A stretch of 64,000 nt of DNA from Chrysomallon squamiferum. Lineage: Eukaryota > Animalia > Mollusca. The notes under the pieces were generated by a model, which worked only from the letters and a program-made list of their open reading frames with translations, was not told the DNA's origin and made no database searches. The stretch lies in the NCBI GenBank assembly GCA_012295275.1, contig CM022679.1:930001-994000 (forward strand). Direction: 5' to 3'. Shown in pieces: positions 1 through 15,306 of the stretch (the first letter of the stretch is position 1; every line of letters starts with the position of its first letter). Both the position numbers and the translations under genes were made by a program.

Positions 1-363
1 CATATAATTTTTGAAATAAAAATTCTATTTGCCATTTACTTTTGATTTTTAAACAAATTATAGTAAAAAAAAACCATCACAAACTTGTTAATTACTTTTT
101 AATATATGTAATTAATAAGTTTTGAATTATCCATATTGTTAAACATTATTTTTCTTAATTAGCACTATTATTTATCATTTGTCTGCACATATTTAATTAG
201 CATTACTGCCAGGTTTATTTAATATCTTTAATTATCTTTAATCATTACAGAAATGTGAAACCAGATACTTAATTATCTATATCACTTATCATTTACAGAG
301 ATTTGAACGGAGATATTTAACTGACTGGGGTTTGAACGGGGTTTGAAGTGGAGGGGTCTGTTA

Positions 364-519
<156 letters not shown>

Positions 520-550
520 TCACAGGTGTGCTAAGTCAGACATGTCACTA

Positions 551-679
<129 letters not shown>

Positions 680-689
680 CTAACATATC

Positions 690-1130
690 AGTCACATATC
701 CTGAATACCACACATAGCTCTATAGCCTGACTATCACATACAGCTGTATAACACTATCACATATAGCTCTATATCCTGACTATCACATATAGCTGTATAA
801 CACTATCACACATATCTCTATAGCCTGACTATCACATACAGCTGTATAACCCTAACTACCATATATCTGATATTGCTGTATATCCTACATAACATATACC
901 TTATGTAGCTGCATATTTCTAAATTATATCATATAGCTGTATATCCTAAATACCACATATCTTATATAGCTGTATATCCTAAATATTATATACCTTATAT
1001 AGCTGCATATTTCTAAATTACATCATATATTTTACATAGCTATATATCCTAATTATAATATATCTTATATAACTGCTTATCCTAAGTATCATAGGCTTTG
1101 CATACCCAAAAGTTCTTACATCTTATCTAG
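690..1130. repeat. Degenerate ~27-35 bp tandem repeat (atagctgtatatccta.../actatcacat)
   Basis: Recurrent tagctgtata motif at short period. Confidence 0.65.
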
Positions 1131-1850
1131 TTCTATATGCCAAAATCTTATGTGTCTTACATAGTTTTGTGGTATATTCCAAATTGTTACCAAATTATTA
1201 TAGCTTAAATAATATATATTTTATAAATCTATATATGTATAAATAACATGTACATCTTATAAAGCTGTACTGCATGTCCCAAAACATCTTTTACAGCTAT
1301 TAATGTGTAAATATTATAAATCTATTAAACATAGCTATTTTGTACATGCTGCAATAGTTTAGTCCTATGTTTAGTTACAAAATACACTAACAGCATGGTA
1401 CACCTCAAAACATTATATACAAACTATTATTTACCAAAACAGTAATTGTTTCATTTCACAAAGTGTAAAATTATAAATTTGATAAAAAAAAAAAAAAAAA
1501 AAAATAATAATAATAAAAACTAAAATATTTATATAATAAATTAAATTATATGTGACTGATTTTGTCATGTAATGTCACACAATTAGATTTTAATTTTTTT
1601 TGGGTATATATATCTTTAACATTTACTTAGATGGTCTCAGCAAGGTCACTGACAACAACAACAATAAAAACACCACAACCTTTCACCACCACCAGATGAA
1701 GCAAACACACAATTATCTCCCAGTGAGTAACATCAAAACAAACAAACACTGAAAACCTGGTCACAGAGGAGGAAAAGAAAATGAAGAAAGTTAAGTTTAC
1801 ATGACTGACTTATTAATATTTATTTATTTATTTATTTGAAATTCTCTTTT

Positions 1851-1889
<39 letters not shown>

Positions 1890-2029
1890 CTTACCCACCT
1901 CACCTTTACCAAATCTATCTTTCAAATACACACACATACATCTTTTCACAAATTTACATACATAAAAACAGACACCTTATTACCTTCAACATAGATACAA
2001 AAACCCCATACACAACATTATTCAGATTA

Positions 2030-2075
<46 letters not shown>

Positions 2076-2354
2076 TGACAAACACACACAGACAAACACA
2101 CACACACACATTATATATATATAATTTCATCCAGTTTATTGGAAACTAAGTTATATTAACATTCTTTTAAATATTTAATAGCCACTTTCAATCCCACTAG
2201 CACACAAATAATATACACATTATCAAAATGTCAAACATAGACTGCACTTATAAATACATTATTTCACTTAGTCTTGTCAGAAAATATATTAATTTTTCAT
2301 GTATGGAAGTTTTAAACTCATCAACAACAACAACAGCACACACAGACACAGAGA

Positions 2355-2397
<43 letters not shown>

Positions 2398-3000
2398 TAA
2401 CATACACACGTATTAACACAACATATTGAAAGCAGTTATAAATGCACTATTTCAGTTTAAAATATGTGAACTGTATTAAATTTAATCATTTCTCTGAACA
2501 TTACAGAGATTAAGTTTAAAAAAAAAGAAGATACAAGCTGTATTAAACTTTCATGTTTTGTTATTTTTCAAATCTCTCTCACAAAGTCAGATACAAGCTG
2601 TATTAGACATCACAAACTGATTGTGAGTTTGTTTATTACTTGGCTGACCCAGTCAGACTGAAAGGTTCTCAATCAATAACAAAGCTGTCCCAGGGGAACC
2701 TGTAGGTGATCAGCTCAGATCCATTACCTACTTACTGTCCACAGGAGATCAAAATCACTTAAAAGCAGATAACATTTCTCATTTTATAGTCTTAGAAATC
2801 ATAGTTTTTATCTTAGCAGTTATTCATCTTTCAGTTAACTTATGAACATATAGATAGGCAGATAAATATATATTTCTTTAAAAAATATTATTAAAAAATA
2901 ATAATAAAATAATAATAAATAAAAAATTTAAAGTGAGTAAATAAATTTAATCAGTGTTAGTTTTGTGTTTGAAAACGATTTTTAAAAAACAATACAAATA

Positions 3001-3048
<48 letters not shown>

Positions 3049-3829
3049 TGCTATATATATATATACATGAGTACATGTAGATATATACTAAACTGTTATC
3101 AGTTGTTTCTTCAGGGTCTCTACTCAGTAAACTAACGTATGACATATTCAGTGTCTGTCACAACTGTCAGTAAATTAAAAATTAATTATATGTAATACGT
3201 GTTACATCAAATTAAAACATTTACTTAAATGTCAAATCTTTTATTTAAAACATCTATTACAATAGATATATAACAAAAAATAATAAATTAATAATAATTA
3301 TTTTTCATGCTTTTCTAAAACCTGTTCGATTAATTTTCTCTGCCTTGTTTTTTCATCTTTGTATATTTTTCTTTGTTTTTAAATTATTAATTTCATTTAT
3401 TTTCATGACATTTTCAAGCATTATATTTTTTAAAATATAAATAAAAATTCTGAAACAAAAATTTGTAGAATGTATTAAATTTTATTTTTTGTTAAAATTG
3501 ATTGAGTAACAAGAAAACTTTTAGTAAAAATGTCAGTTTGAAATGGATTTCACAACTGCAGCAAAAAATAAAGAAGAGAAAAACGTTTTTAATATAAAAA
3601 CATGGAGCCACTGGAATTAGATTACTGATGCTGAAAGGATGAGAAAACCAAGACCAGAAAGTGACTGAGAAGAATAAGTGATTTAAAAACAGTGAAAGCA
3701 GCAGCAACTCCCCCTCAAAATAAAAACAAAAAACCAATAATAAATAAATTTAAAAAAATAACAAAATGAGAAACATTATTTGATTATAGAAGAATAATTC
3801 ATTTATCTACAGGCCTAATTCAGAAAAAA

Positions 3830-4008
3830 ACACAGAGACACACACATACACACACAGACACACACACAGACACACACACACAGACACACACACACAGACA
3901 CAGATACACACACAGACACAGAGACACAGACACACATACACAGACACAGACACACACACAGACATACAGACAGACACACAGACACACACACACAGACACA
4001 GACACAGA

Positions 4009-4079
<71 letters not shown>

Positions 4080-4126
4080 AGATACACACACAGACACAGA
4101 CACACAGACACACATACACAGACACA

Positions 4127-4180
<54 letters not shown>
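3830..4180. repeat. Compound (CA)n/(CACAGA)n microsatellite
   Basis: Seen directly. Confidence 0.95.
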
Positions 4181-4182
<2 letters not shown>

Positions 4183-4520
4183 GGTATTGATCTCACCATT
4201 ACCAGATTATTATAGCTTAAATAATCTACAACAGACATCAACATAGAATACACTTTTCATCAGAATCACTGTATGAATATTCATATCACTCTGTAGTTGT
4301 AGCACACTAGCTTTACAGAAACCTCGGAATTGAAAAAAACAGCTCAGTTCCTAAGAATTTCAGACAAAGAACAGCCAACATTATTTATTCTGATCTGCTG
4401 CTTACAGTATAATCAGTCTATCTTAGTTTCCAAATTTTAACATTCAGGAAAATATTGGGTTGGCAACTAAATTCCTGCTGTTTTAAAAACACAAAACGAT
4501 TTAAACAAAATGGTGGGAAC

Positions 4521-4560
<40 letters not shown>

Positions 4561-4724
4561 ATCAATAAATAAGTATTTAAATAAATAAATTAATAAATAA
4601 ATTAATTAGTAAAACCCACAAACTGTTACACAAAACATAAGCAGATGAATACATGATAAATAAAGGAGGATAAATTCCAATGTGATGTTTGGTAAGTAAA
4701 GAAATAAAACAAACAAATAAATAC

Positions 4725-4766
4725 CTGTAATTTTACTTTGGTTCCCTCAACATCCACCACTTTATT
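4725..4766 (-). CDS. RAB37: Rab26/Rab37-like GTPase, shared exon 3 (NKVVDVEGTKVKLQ)
   Basis: 42 bp, polypyrimidine tract plus cag acceptor, CAG|GTATTT donor, phase 0/0. Interswitch beta2-beta3 sequence ending in KLQ. Confidence 0.93.
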
Positions 4767-5029
4767 CTGAAAAAACAAACAAAAAACACAACTTAACACG
4801 ATATTTGTAATGTTATTTGTTTATAAAATTGTCTAATAATAAGGTATTCATAGACTGTGTAAATACTGTACTATGTACTAAATATAGCATATAATACTCT
4901 AAATACATCACAGGGTTTTGTGCTTTTTTTGTATTTTTACATAGTCCCAGCTAGAAAACCTTCTGCAAGTAATAAATTAAAAGTAAATAAATAAATGCAT
5001 TAAAACATACATACATACATATATACATG

Positions 5030-5060
5030 AATAATAATAATAATAATAATGATAATAATG

Positions 5061-5113
<53 letters not shown>

Positions 5114-5130
5114 CATCATCATCATCATAT
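5030..5130. repeat. (AAT)n/(CAT)n microsatellite
   Basis: Seen directly. Confidence 0.9.
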
Positions 5131-6353
5131 CAATACAAATAATAATAACAGTAATAATGACAATGATGATAATAACAATAAGAAGAAAACAACAACAAAA
5201 CAGCAGTAATAACAACGATCACATCAACAAAAAATAACATTACTACCGCTATACTTTAATTAGACTTGGTAACAGTAAATCAGTTTTACTATGAATCTAG
5301 TAAATCTAACACAGCTTTCACTTATTGATTATTTGTAAGAATATGTTGGTTAATCCGTACAGTTGTACAGACACAGATTAACAAAACATTCACATAGTGC
5401 AGTCAGCTGTGACAAATATTTCGACTTATAGATCAACACAGCTCCAATCATGCATGAAAAAAAAAAGACATCTGTATAATTATGTGTGTAGTTTGTATAT
5501 GAAATGTCAACTGAATAATTATGGTAATAATAATAACAACAGTAAAAATATTACAATAATAATAATAATAGTAATGACAATAACAATTGTAAAAATAATT
5601 GTAATAATAATGACAATAATAATTGTAATAATAATAAAAATGACTAATAATTGTAATAATAATAATGATGATGATAATGATGATGATGATGATGATGATG
5701 ATGATCATTGTGTATATCCATGAACAATTATTTATTATTATCATCATTATTATTTTAAATTTTATTTATTATTATTATTTGACTTATTTCACAGAATTCT
5801 AGTTAATACCAGTTATATTATTATGTGTGTCTGTAAAACACAGACTGAATCAGATGTTGGTATAAGATACTAGTTATATTTATCAGTGAGACTAGCATTT
5901 GTCCTATGTTATTTTTCAGTAACATGATTCAAACATCTGTGAAATGTCAACAGCAGTAACAATTATTATTATTATTTTTTTTTATGTGCCATAATATCAA
6001 TAACATGAAACTTGTGTGTGACAGTGTCCTGGAAGTACTACATCAGAGTCTGTGACATATCTCTTGTAACGACTGTCTGCTATCACATTAGCCTAGCTCA
6101 TAAAGTTACCTCCCTTGCTATACACTCTCTGACAAACTGGTGAAGCGTATCTAATTGAGATAAAGCCAAGGATTATGTTTCTGAAGAGAATCTTGCTGAA
6201 TTCCCTGAGGAAACATTTTCCGTGATGAGTATAAATATGATGTAAACGAGATCAATACTGTGACAAAAAGAAAATTAGGATGTCTGGGAACTCAGAGGAG
6301 TTTGTCACATTCAGCTGGCTGAACACAATGTGGAAAAATGTTACTGCACTGAG

Positions 6354-6504
<151 letters not shown>

Positions 6505-7166
6505 AAGAATGAAAAAATACATTAAAAAGAGAGACAGAAATAAATAAATAAAAATGGATATGAAGTACCAATCACATTTCTGTTTTGTTTCCAGTTGTCT
6601 TTATTTACAGTAAGGACCAGTTTAAATATCTATCTATCTACATTTTAAGCTGGTTACATGTAACTGATTAAAGTAACAAATTGTTGTAACATCCTGACAT
6701 CCTATACAAAATAAATTAAAATGATACCTCAGCACATTTTAAAATTAATGTTGTAAAATATCAAATAGAAATGTCTCGTGTAAAGATGTGGTTCCGGAAT
6801 GGGAAATTTTAATCAAATAGCACAAACGTTGTGTCCTGGGGAAAGCAAAGGAAATGTTTATCAGTTAGTTTGGACTGCAATAAAATAAAACAATTTCAGG
6901 TCTGACATCATTAAATCTGAGTAAAACAAAAACCTAACTGAAATCACAGAAGAAGAAAAAAACAACAACAAGAAATCATAAACTAAATAGAGAACAAACA
7001 CTTCAGAGAAAGCAATATATTTTCATTACAAGTTTTATAACTCAGGTTTTATAACAGCAATATTACACTGACATTTAATAACTGAGTTACTTCATGTTGG
7101 CGAGGCAATAAAAGGAAAACTCGCTGTTAAGGAGAAATAAAAAGTGTTTATTGTCACAGTTCTTAC

Positions 7167-7277
7167 CCGGAAATCTATACCAACTGTGGAGATGAAGCTG
7201 CCAGACAGGAACGTTCCATCCTTGAAACGCACCAACAGACACGTCTTGCCAACACCACTGTCACCAATCAGCATCAC
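7167..7277 (-). CDS. RAB37: Rab26/Rab37-like GTPase, exon 2B: P-loop and switch I ([37 protein letters not shown])
   Basis: 111 bp, tttcag acceptor, CGG|GTAAGA donor. G1 GDSGVGKT and RabF1-type VGIDF. The [11 protein letters not shown] signature is typical of Rab26/37. Confidence 0.95.
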
Positions 7278-7561
7278 CTGAAACAGCACAACAGTGTTAC
7301 ACAGTGTCACCAATCACCCAACATACAAACAATGTAATATAGTGTTATACAGTGTTATTAGTCACCCAACATACAATGTAATATAGTGTTATTAGTCACC
7401 CAAAATACAAACAATATAATATAATATTGTGTCACCAGTCACTTGAAATATTAATAGTGTTATATAGTAACCACCTAAAATATTAACAATTTTATTTTTA
7501 CTATTACCAATCCAATCAAATATTTTAAAAAAAGTAAAAACCATATGCACAAAAAACATTC

Positions 7562-7604
<43 letters not shown>

Positions 7605-8502
7605 CCTCACTATCTATGATAACAGAAACAATTTGTAATAAAATCTGAACACTATTTTTTTTGTTATCGTCATCACTTACGTTACAACTATTTTTTTATT
7701 CTTTTTTTTATTTTTAAGTTTTACAATTAAATACTTACTAACAGTTATTAAGATATGTTTTTATTTAACAGTAAAGTGAATTAACAAGAGTTTGTAATGT
7801 CCTACACTAACACATGTCAGTGTTCCTGTTACACTGTTTTGTAATGTTATCAGAGAAGACTCTGATAAAGTGATCACTTAGCAGTAAGGAATATTTGTTA
7901 TTTACCTACACATAAACAGGAACACACTTTCCACAGCCTTTAATAAATCTGTTGTGGGAATAATTCAGAATAAAAAACACTAGTGTGAAACTGGGTAAGA
8001 ACGTGAAATTCAGTGTATTATACAGAAAATAAAACCAGAACTGACTACACAGAGAAAAAGTCGTCAATGAGCTTTGATCACAAGCAGTGCAGGTAATCTG
8101 ACTTTCAGACATTTCTGTGAATTAAAACATGAATAACATGTTTAATTTAACCCAAGCTGCTGGCCCAGCCAGAGTGATGGTTAATTCATATTGCTCCAGT
8201 CAATAAAGTTATTTAGTTGATTACTGCTGAGTGAGAAGTGTTATAAATGTTTAATAATCTAATAACACTGACACGTTCACACAGAAAATGTGATAGGAAA
8301 ATTGATCTACGTAAAGCAATAATTGAACTCGAGCTATGAAATTTTTAAACTCTTCTGTAATAATAAATATCAAAGTTTCCTGGAAGTACACAGATGCCTG
8401 GATATTGACAAACACATTTAATATGATTTATTCATACAATCTTCTTGACAGGCAAGTCATTAACACTAATATAAACATGTATATCCCTTTAGTGCAGATT
8501 CA

Positions 8503-8563
<61 letters not shown>

Positions 8564-8627
8564 TAATAATAATAAAAAAAACCCAATAACAACAGCAATA
8601 ACAACATCAACAATAACAACAAAAATA

Positions 8628-8664
<37 letters not shown>

Positions 8665-8814
8665 AGTTTGTTTAATGTGTATACTGCTTGTAGCAGCAGT
8701 AACAAGTTTAACTGTGTGTTAACTCACAGCTGTCGCATATCACATTACCAGTCAATATTTGGTATATTACACACAGGTAAACAGTTTGTGTTTACACCCA
8801 CACACACCACTAAT

Positions 8815-9120
8815 ACACAAAAATACTCACTGATCAGCATTCACAGGTTAATAGTACACATCAAATATACTCACTGCTCAAAACTCACAGGTTCATAATA
8901 CACAACAAAAAACTCACTGCTCAAAACTCACAGATTAATAACACACACTTACCTAAACTCACAAGTTAATAATACACATAAAAAATACACACTTCTCTAA
9001 ACTCACAAGTTAATAATACACATCAAAAATACTCACAGCTCAAAACTCACAAGTTAATAATACACATCAAAAATACTCACAGCTCAAAACTCAGAGGCCA
9101 ATAATGCTCACAAAATACTC
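8815..9120. repeat. ~43-bp degenerate minisatellite (aaaatactcacagctcaaaactcacaagttaataatacacatca)
   Basis: About 7 tandem imperfect copies. Confidence 0.8.
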
Positions 9121-9382
9121 ATACACTGAAACCCTCATCTTAGTAACACCACTCATTCATCAGTACTCAGTAATGTCCACAGTGGCAAGTATTCAGTTCT
9201 ATTTTATATTTTTGTTATTGGTAAAAGAAATGTGAATTTTCTCAACTTACTCGTTTCAGTATTTCTCACACTCTGCAGACTTGTTCAGTTAATTCTGTTT
9301 TTACACAATAAAGTACCAAGAGTAATGACCCTGCTAAAACACACACATTATCTGTCAAATACCTGTTAGTTTCTTATATATA

Positions 9383-9435
<53 letters not shown>

Positions 9436-9700
9436 CCCCTCTTTCTCTCTTAAAATGCATAACGGATAACTATTTGTATTTAATATAATTTTATTATTTT
9501 ATTATTTCATTATTTATTTAAAAGTTTTATATTTTATTAGTTTTATTTATTTTTTTATTTTGTGTGCATTTCTTATACTGAGCACTATACTCTGAACACA
9601 ACTCATCCAGTTAAAACACTAGATCACATCTGTGCTGTTTAAAAAGCCTAATTAATGATTTGTGTGTCCCCATAACCAGTAACTGTAATTATTATTAGCG

Positions 9701-9732
<32 letters not shown>

Positions 9733-9899
9733 ATTGTTCATGTCGTTGTTATTCTAAGCATCATTAGTAGTATATCAGCAGCATAGCAGTAGCAGTGTTA
9801 GTAGTAAATGTGTTACAAATGTCAAGCACTGCAATGTTTGTCTTACTAAAAGGCATAAATTATCATCATTATTATTATTACATCACTAATGTTGTTTGC

Positions 9900-9968
9900 A
9901 TTATTATTATTATTATTATTGTTGTTGTTTTGTTGTTATTGTTGTTTGTATTATTATTATTACTACTG

Positions 9969-10000
<32 letters not shown>

Positions 10001-10065
10001 GTTACTACTACTACTACTACTACTACTACTGATACTGCTGTTACTACTGCTACTACTACTACCAC
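9900..10065. repeat. (TTA)n/(TTG)n/(CTA)n compound trinucleotide repeat
   Basis: Seen directly; it accounts for the poly-L/T/S ORFs here. Confidence 0.9.
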
Positions 10066-10125
10066 TGGTAATAAACGCGTTACTGCTGTCGTGCACTGTA
10101 ACCCGCACGTCCCACTTCACCTTAC

Positions 10126-10254
10126 CTTGCAGCTGACGTCGTACATCCCATTCGACGTTGTCAGCTTCTGGGAACCCTGCCTCTGCAGAGAGTAACCATT
10201 TGGGGTTGTTCCTACGTAAGCACTGGCCGCCTGTGTCACTTTGTCTTTGCCCAT
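10126..10254 (-). CDS. RAB37: Rab26/Rab37-like GTPase, alternative first coding exon 1B (MGKDKVTQAASAYVGTTPNGYSLQRQGSQKLTTSNGMYDVSCK)
   Basis: ATG at 10254 (agtATGg, in-frame stop just upstream), 43 codons, consensus phase-0 donor AAG|GTAAG. YDVSCK resembles RAB26 YDVAFK|VMLVGD. Confidence 0.82.
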
Positions 10255-10740
10255 ACTCTACCTTGTCAGCGACAGCTTCGCCAACTCCCGTGTTTGTAGA
10301 CTGGTCGTTGACAATAAGCCGCTGTGACCATACTAACATTTATCACCGGTGAAAAAAATATCCCACCGGAACTTATGAATTAGAGTTTTAATGTGCATCA
10401 TTTATTACTCCTACAGCAGTAATTTACTGTTTGTGTTGCGGTATATATAATCTGCGTGCGTATGTCTATGTGTGTATGTGCGTAAGCCCGTAATGTGCGT
10501 GGGAAGACAAGGTGTGTTCACAAATGAGGATAATCGACTTGCGTACACTAGTGAAGGTTCCCAGGTGTTGTCTGAGTTTTCCCGGCTCGTGTGGTAAACT
10601 CAATATTGTGATTCTGTGCAGTACACATTTCATACACCGCTTGTTAGACCAGTGACGTTTTCAATACAAGCTTTTCCCACTGAGTGTAATACGAGTTTTA
10701 TTAGAACACAAATCACAGCTGTCATTCTCTTGCACGACTC
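10255..10740 (-). promoter_or_regulatory. Putative 5' UTR/promoter of Rab isoform B
   Basis: Non-repetitive, CpG-containing segment directly upstream of the exon 1B ATG. The TSS cannot be located from sequence. Confidence 0.4.
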
Positions 10741-11025
10741 TTTATTATAAATCAATTATCAGTCTTTTGGAGAAAAAAAAAAAAAAAAATAAAATGATAT
10801 AAAAATAAAATAAAATAAAGTAAAATAAAATAAAATGAATCGAAATGTAATAAAAAAAAAAAAATAACTAAAATGAAATGAAATGAAATAATAAAAAAAT
10901 AACTAAATAAAAAAAAAATAATTTTAAAAAGTAATAATAAACAAACAAACAAACAAACAAACAAACAAATAACTAAATAATAAATAAATAAATAAATAAT
11001 GAAGATCTTTACAGTTTCAAATTTG

Positions 11026-11056
<31 letters not shown>

Positions 11057-12131
11057 AATTAAAAATTAAAAATTAAAAAATCAAAAAATAAAAAATCAAC
11101 AACAACAGCAAAAAAACAACATGTTCCTGACGGATAATGTTGACTCTTAGCAAAATATTATCAACAGAATGTTTTTAAATCAATAAACAGTGTACAAAAT
11201 AAACAGAACATAAAAAAAATATATAAAAAATAATCATGAAGCACAGTGTGCGCACGAAACACATCGATCAGTGTAAACCTGTAGATGAAAATTAAAAACG
11301 TGTCTTGTTAACACAGACGTACACGCACACGCACACCGGTGTGTTTCTTTTCTTCTGTGAACAGTAACGTTTAGGTCTAGCTCGCACTCTGACACACCCT
11401 CCCTTCTAGACCCCTCCCCCCTGTGTCTCTGTGTCTAGCACTAGGATTTTTATTAAATGAAAAAAAAAACAATCGTGTAAAATCACAATATTTACCACGT
11501 ACGTAATTCTTCCTGCCTTGAACTCTTCACATTTTGGTGAACAGTGCAACCCGCGTCTACCTTGGATCGATTTGATTAACGAAATTGCAGAACGTGTCAC
11601 ATCTCAGTGACAGCAGTTTACAGCAAACAAAGAGCAGAACCTTCCGTGCAGCAATCATTTTACTTGATAATTACACAAGTTTGTGCAAATTTTGGGAACC
11701 GACGGAAAAAAAAACGAAAAAATAAAACGAACCATGTTTGAAGTGTGTGGCAAGAATTAGAATTGTCAATGTGATGTTCCCGAACAAGTAATGAAATTGT
11801 TAAAAAGAAAAGGAAAAGAAGGAAAGAAAGAAAGAAAACGTAAAGAAAGAAAAAAGACGAAAATGAGAGAGAAAAAAAAAAAAAAAAAAAAAAAAAAAAT
11901 GCTAAAGAAGAACAAATTACAGCCAGAATCAATAACAGTAATAATAGTTTTTATTATTATTATTTTTTATTTGTTTTTAATTTTTTTTTTTTTGGTTATT
12001 TTTCTTTCTTTATTTTTTTTTAATGTTTTTTTTTTTTCTTTATTTTACACACGCAAACATTTAATTATTTTTATTTTGTATGCACAGTGAGGCACACACA
12101 CACGCAAACATTTAATTATTTTACAGAATAG

Positions 12132-12310
12132 ACATTGACGTATGTATACACACACACACAGACACACACACATACATACACATTGACGTATACAGCTATA
12201 CACACACACACACGCACACACACACATACATACACATTGACGTATACAGCTATACACACACACGCACACACACACACATACACATTGACGTATACAGCTA
12301 TATACACACT
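12132..12310. repeat. ~50-bp tandem repeat containing CA tracts (acattgacgtatacagctata...)
   Basis: 4 copies of acattgacgtat. Confidence 0.75.
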
Positions 12311-12469
12311 GCACAGATTTATTAAACATACCATCAAATGTAAAATACTTTCTGATACTCAGAGATGTTCAAGTAACTTACACATACTGTGTGCATATAA
12401 ATGAGCATACTCGTACTGAAACATATTTAAATACATGAACTGGCATATACACTACTACTACTACTACTA

Positions 12470-12504
<35 letters not shown>

Positions 12505-13087
12505 TATTCTCTGCTACAAACACACACGCCCACACGAAGATCACAAGGAAATATCTGTAAGAAAACCAGACAGTTCTTGATTGCAGCGGATCTGCTCAAA
12601 TGAAGTGAGGAATTTAAGTACATACTTCATTTACAGAAGAACGCGTATTTCCAGCTTAATTTCTGGAGGACAGAGCGACTCCGCTGGGCCTAATTATTTT
12701 CAAATGGAAGCTATTTTAGCTTTTCAAACTTGAAGATGCTAGTAATAAAAACACTGACAGAAAGCTTGTTCTTCGTCATTTCGTGAGTTACCGCGCTGTC
12801 GCTGCAGTTTCTACTATTAACACTGCCACTACTGCGGATGTTACTGCTACCACTACCACTGCATTAATTCTACTGTACTGTACTACTGTAAGCTACTACA
12901 ACAGTTACCATATAAATGTATACAGATGGCAAACATTAAATAAATAAAAACAAACATTCCACGCTCGAAAACAACTTAATTTGAAACAAACTTATTATTG
13001 TTGTTGCCGTTACTGTTGTTACTGCCGATGTCGCAACTATAATATCGTAGAAACAATCATAAAATGTGTACGCAGCAAGGTCTATTC

Positions 13088-13405
13088 AGTAGTTAGTATG
13101 TTGTTAAACTAAACCTGTAGTTAGCATGTTTGTTAAACTAAACCTGTAGTTAGTATGTTTGTTAAACTAAACCTGTAGTTAGTATGTTAGTTAAACTAAA
13201 CCTGTAGTTAGTATGTTAGTTAAAACTAAATCAATAGTTAGTATGTTAGTTAAACTAAACCTGTAGTTAGTATGTTTGTTAAACTAAACCTGTAGTTAAT
13301 ATGTTTGTTAAACTAAACATGTAGTTAGTATGTTTGTTAAACTAAACCTGTAGTTAGTATGTTAGTTAAACTAAACCTGTAGTTAGTATGTTAGTTAAAA
13401 CTAAA
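13088..13405. repeat. ~29-bp minisatellite (gtagttagtatgtttgttaaactaaacct), ~11 copies
   Basis: Seen directly. Confidence 0.92.
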
Positions 13406-14404
13406 TCAGCATCACAAGAACAATACAGTCACGTGACGTCCTTACAAGTGCTGAGACTTGATTAGGATAAAGCCCTACAAGCCACACTCGGGCTAAAACT
13501 GACAGAAAGGTTTTAATGGTCCGCGTTCTCTTTAGCACAACACGGCGACCAGGTTTCTGTGTGAGCGAACACGCGTCACTTTGAAACCCTGTAAAGCCGC
13601 GGATCACACGAAATTCAGGACGCAGCCACAAAGCGAAGTGTTTTTTCCGTTACGTGAGCCGCATCGCAATGTCAAAAGCAAATTGATTGTTCGGCAAATG
13701 ACTCGACTGGCTCTCCGATCGGAAAGCGTTCAGCGCAACACCCGACAGGACTTCTGATTAGTCGAGGTGGCGAGCTGAAGGCGATGGGAAAATAATTCCA
13801 CACGACGAAGTAATGACCTTTAATTCCACGAAGCCAAACACTTACGCCACGGCAGTTGTTTTCACAAGCGCTGGCTTCATTACACAGACACCTGCTGGCA
13901 TTTAGACTGTAACACTGAAACTTGACGTCTGGCCTCGCTGAAGGGAGATAATCCTGTTCGTGACTATTCCAAGAACGTTTTCACACAAAGTAGTATACTT
14001 TATGCCGCATACATTATTTTAAATTTATTATTTATTTGTTGCGTAAACACTGTTGTCATTAGTGGTAGTAGTAATAGCAACAGCAGCGACATTAGTAGCA
14101 ATGCCAATATTAGTAACATTAACAGTAACTTTAGTAGTAATAGTAGTTGCAGTAGAGTAGTAGTAAAAGCAACAACAGCAGCAGTAGTTGTAGTAGAAGA
14201 TGCAGCAGCAGTAGTAGTGTAACTATGTACTTAACATATTTCTGCTTTCTGCGTCAAACATACACGTTGTACAAAGTGTTTCTGGATGCACCTTCCGAAA
14301 GACTGGATAGCACGTACCACGGCCTTTAGTAAACCATGGAGGATTCACCGTGCTTAATATCATAGCCAAAACTAAGATGATAACCAATGAACTACAACCC
14401 ATTC

Positions 14405-14557
<153 letters not shown>

Positions 14558-15190
14558 GTGTATACCATGTTCTTGTTGCCTTTAACCTTCCCTCTGTGAC
14601 AACGTGGCTCTTTGCTGTTTCTACGAGTGTTAATTAAACTAATAACAGAGTTACTCAACAATCTCACGGACGATTAGACGTAAAAGTGGCTGACTGAGGA
14701 TTGCAGATTAATTGACTTGGGATCGATTATTTCATTCCCTCATTACCACGGGGAACAAATCTGTGGCGAGCTAATGGAATCTGCGAGAGCGCGGGAACGA
14801 AAGCTGAACCCACAGTTTACAGGTGCCTGGTGAATTAAATTGGAAACATCGCGAGACACTCGCGTACGTTCGGCTGTAGGGCGGAAAGCCGCCCCGGGCG
14901 CTCACAGTTACAAGATCGACTCAGAAACACGTCTTCTCTTTGAAATCCAATTTGTAGTTAGTTTCGTCTTTCCGGAACAACACGGTAATAATAAAAGTAC
15001 AGAATAAAAACAAAATGGTGGTAGTAAAATAACAAAACCAAAAAGAAAAAAAAAAAAAAGAGAAAATAAATTGTTTTTTAAAAAAAAGTAGTAAATTTTT
15101 AATATAAAAGAGTATTAATTGTATAAAACATGAATTTAAAGAAAAAAAGAAAAAAAAAAAAAAATTAATTGACATCCCAAACGATCTTTA

Positions 15191-15196
<6 letters not shown>

Positions 15197-15289
<93 letters not shown>

Positions 15290-15306
15290 CCTCTCTCTCT
15301 CTCTCT
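15197..15306. repeat. (CT)n microsatellite
   Basis: Seen directly. Confidence 0.95.

Noticed and set aside
9878-10339. 153-aa minus-strand ORF (…VRRQLQGK|V) as the Rab first exon
   Set aside because: It would need a weak donor (GTGAAG) 5 nt from a consensus GTAAG donor. The other frame gives a good Kozak ATG and the Rab26-like YDVSCK.
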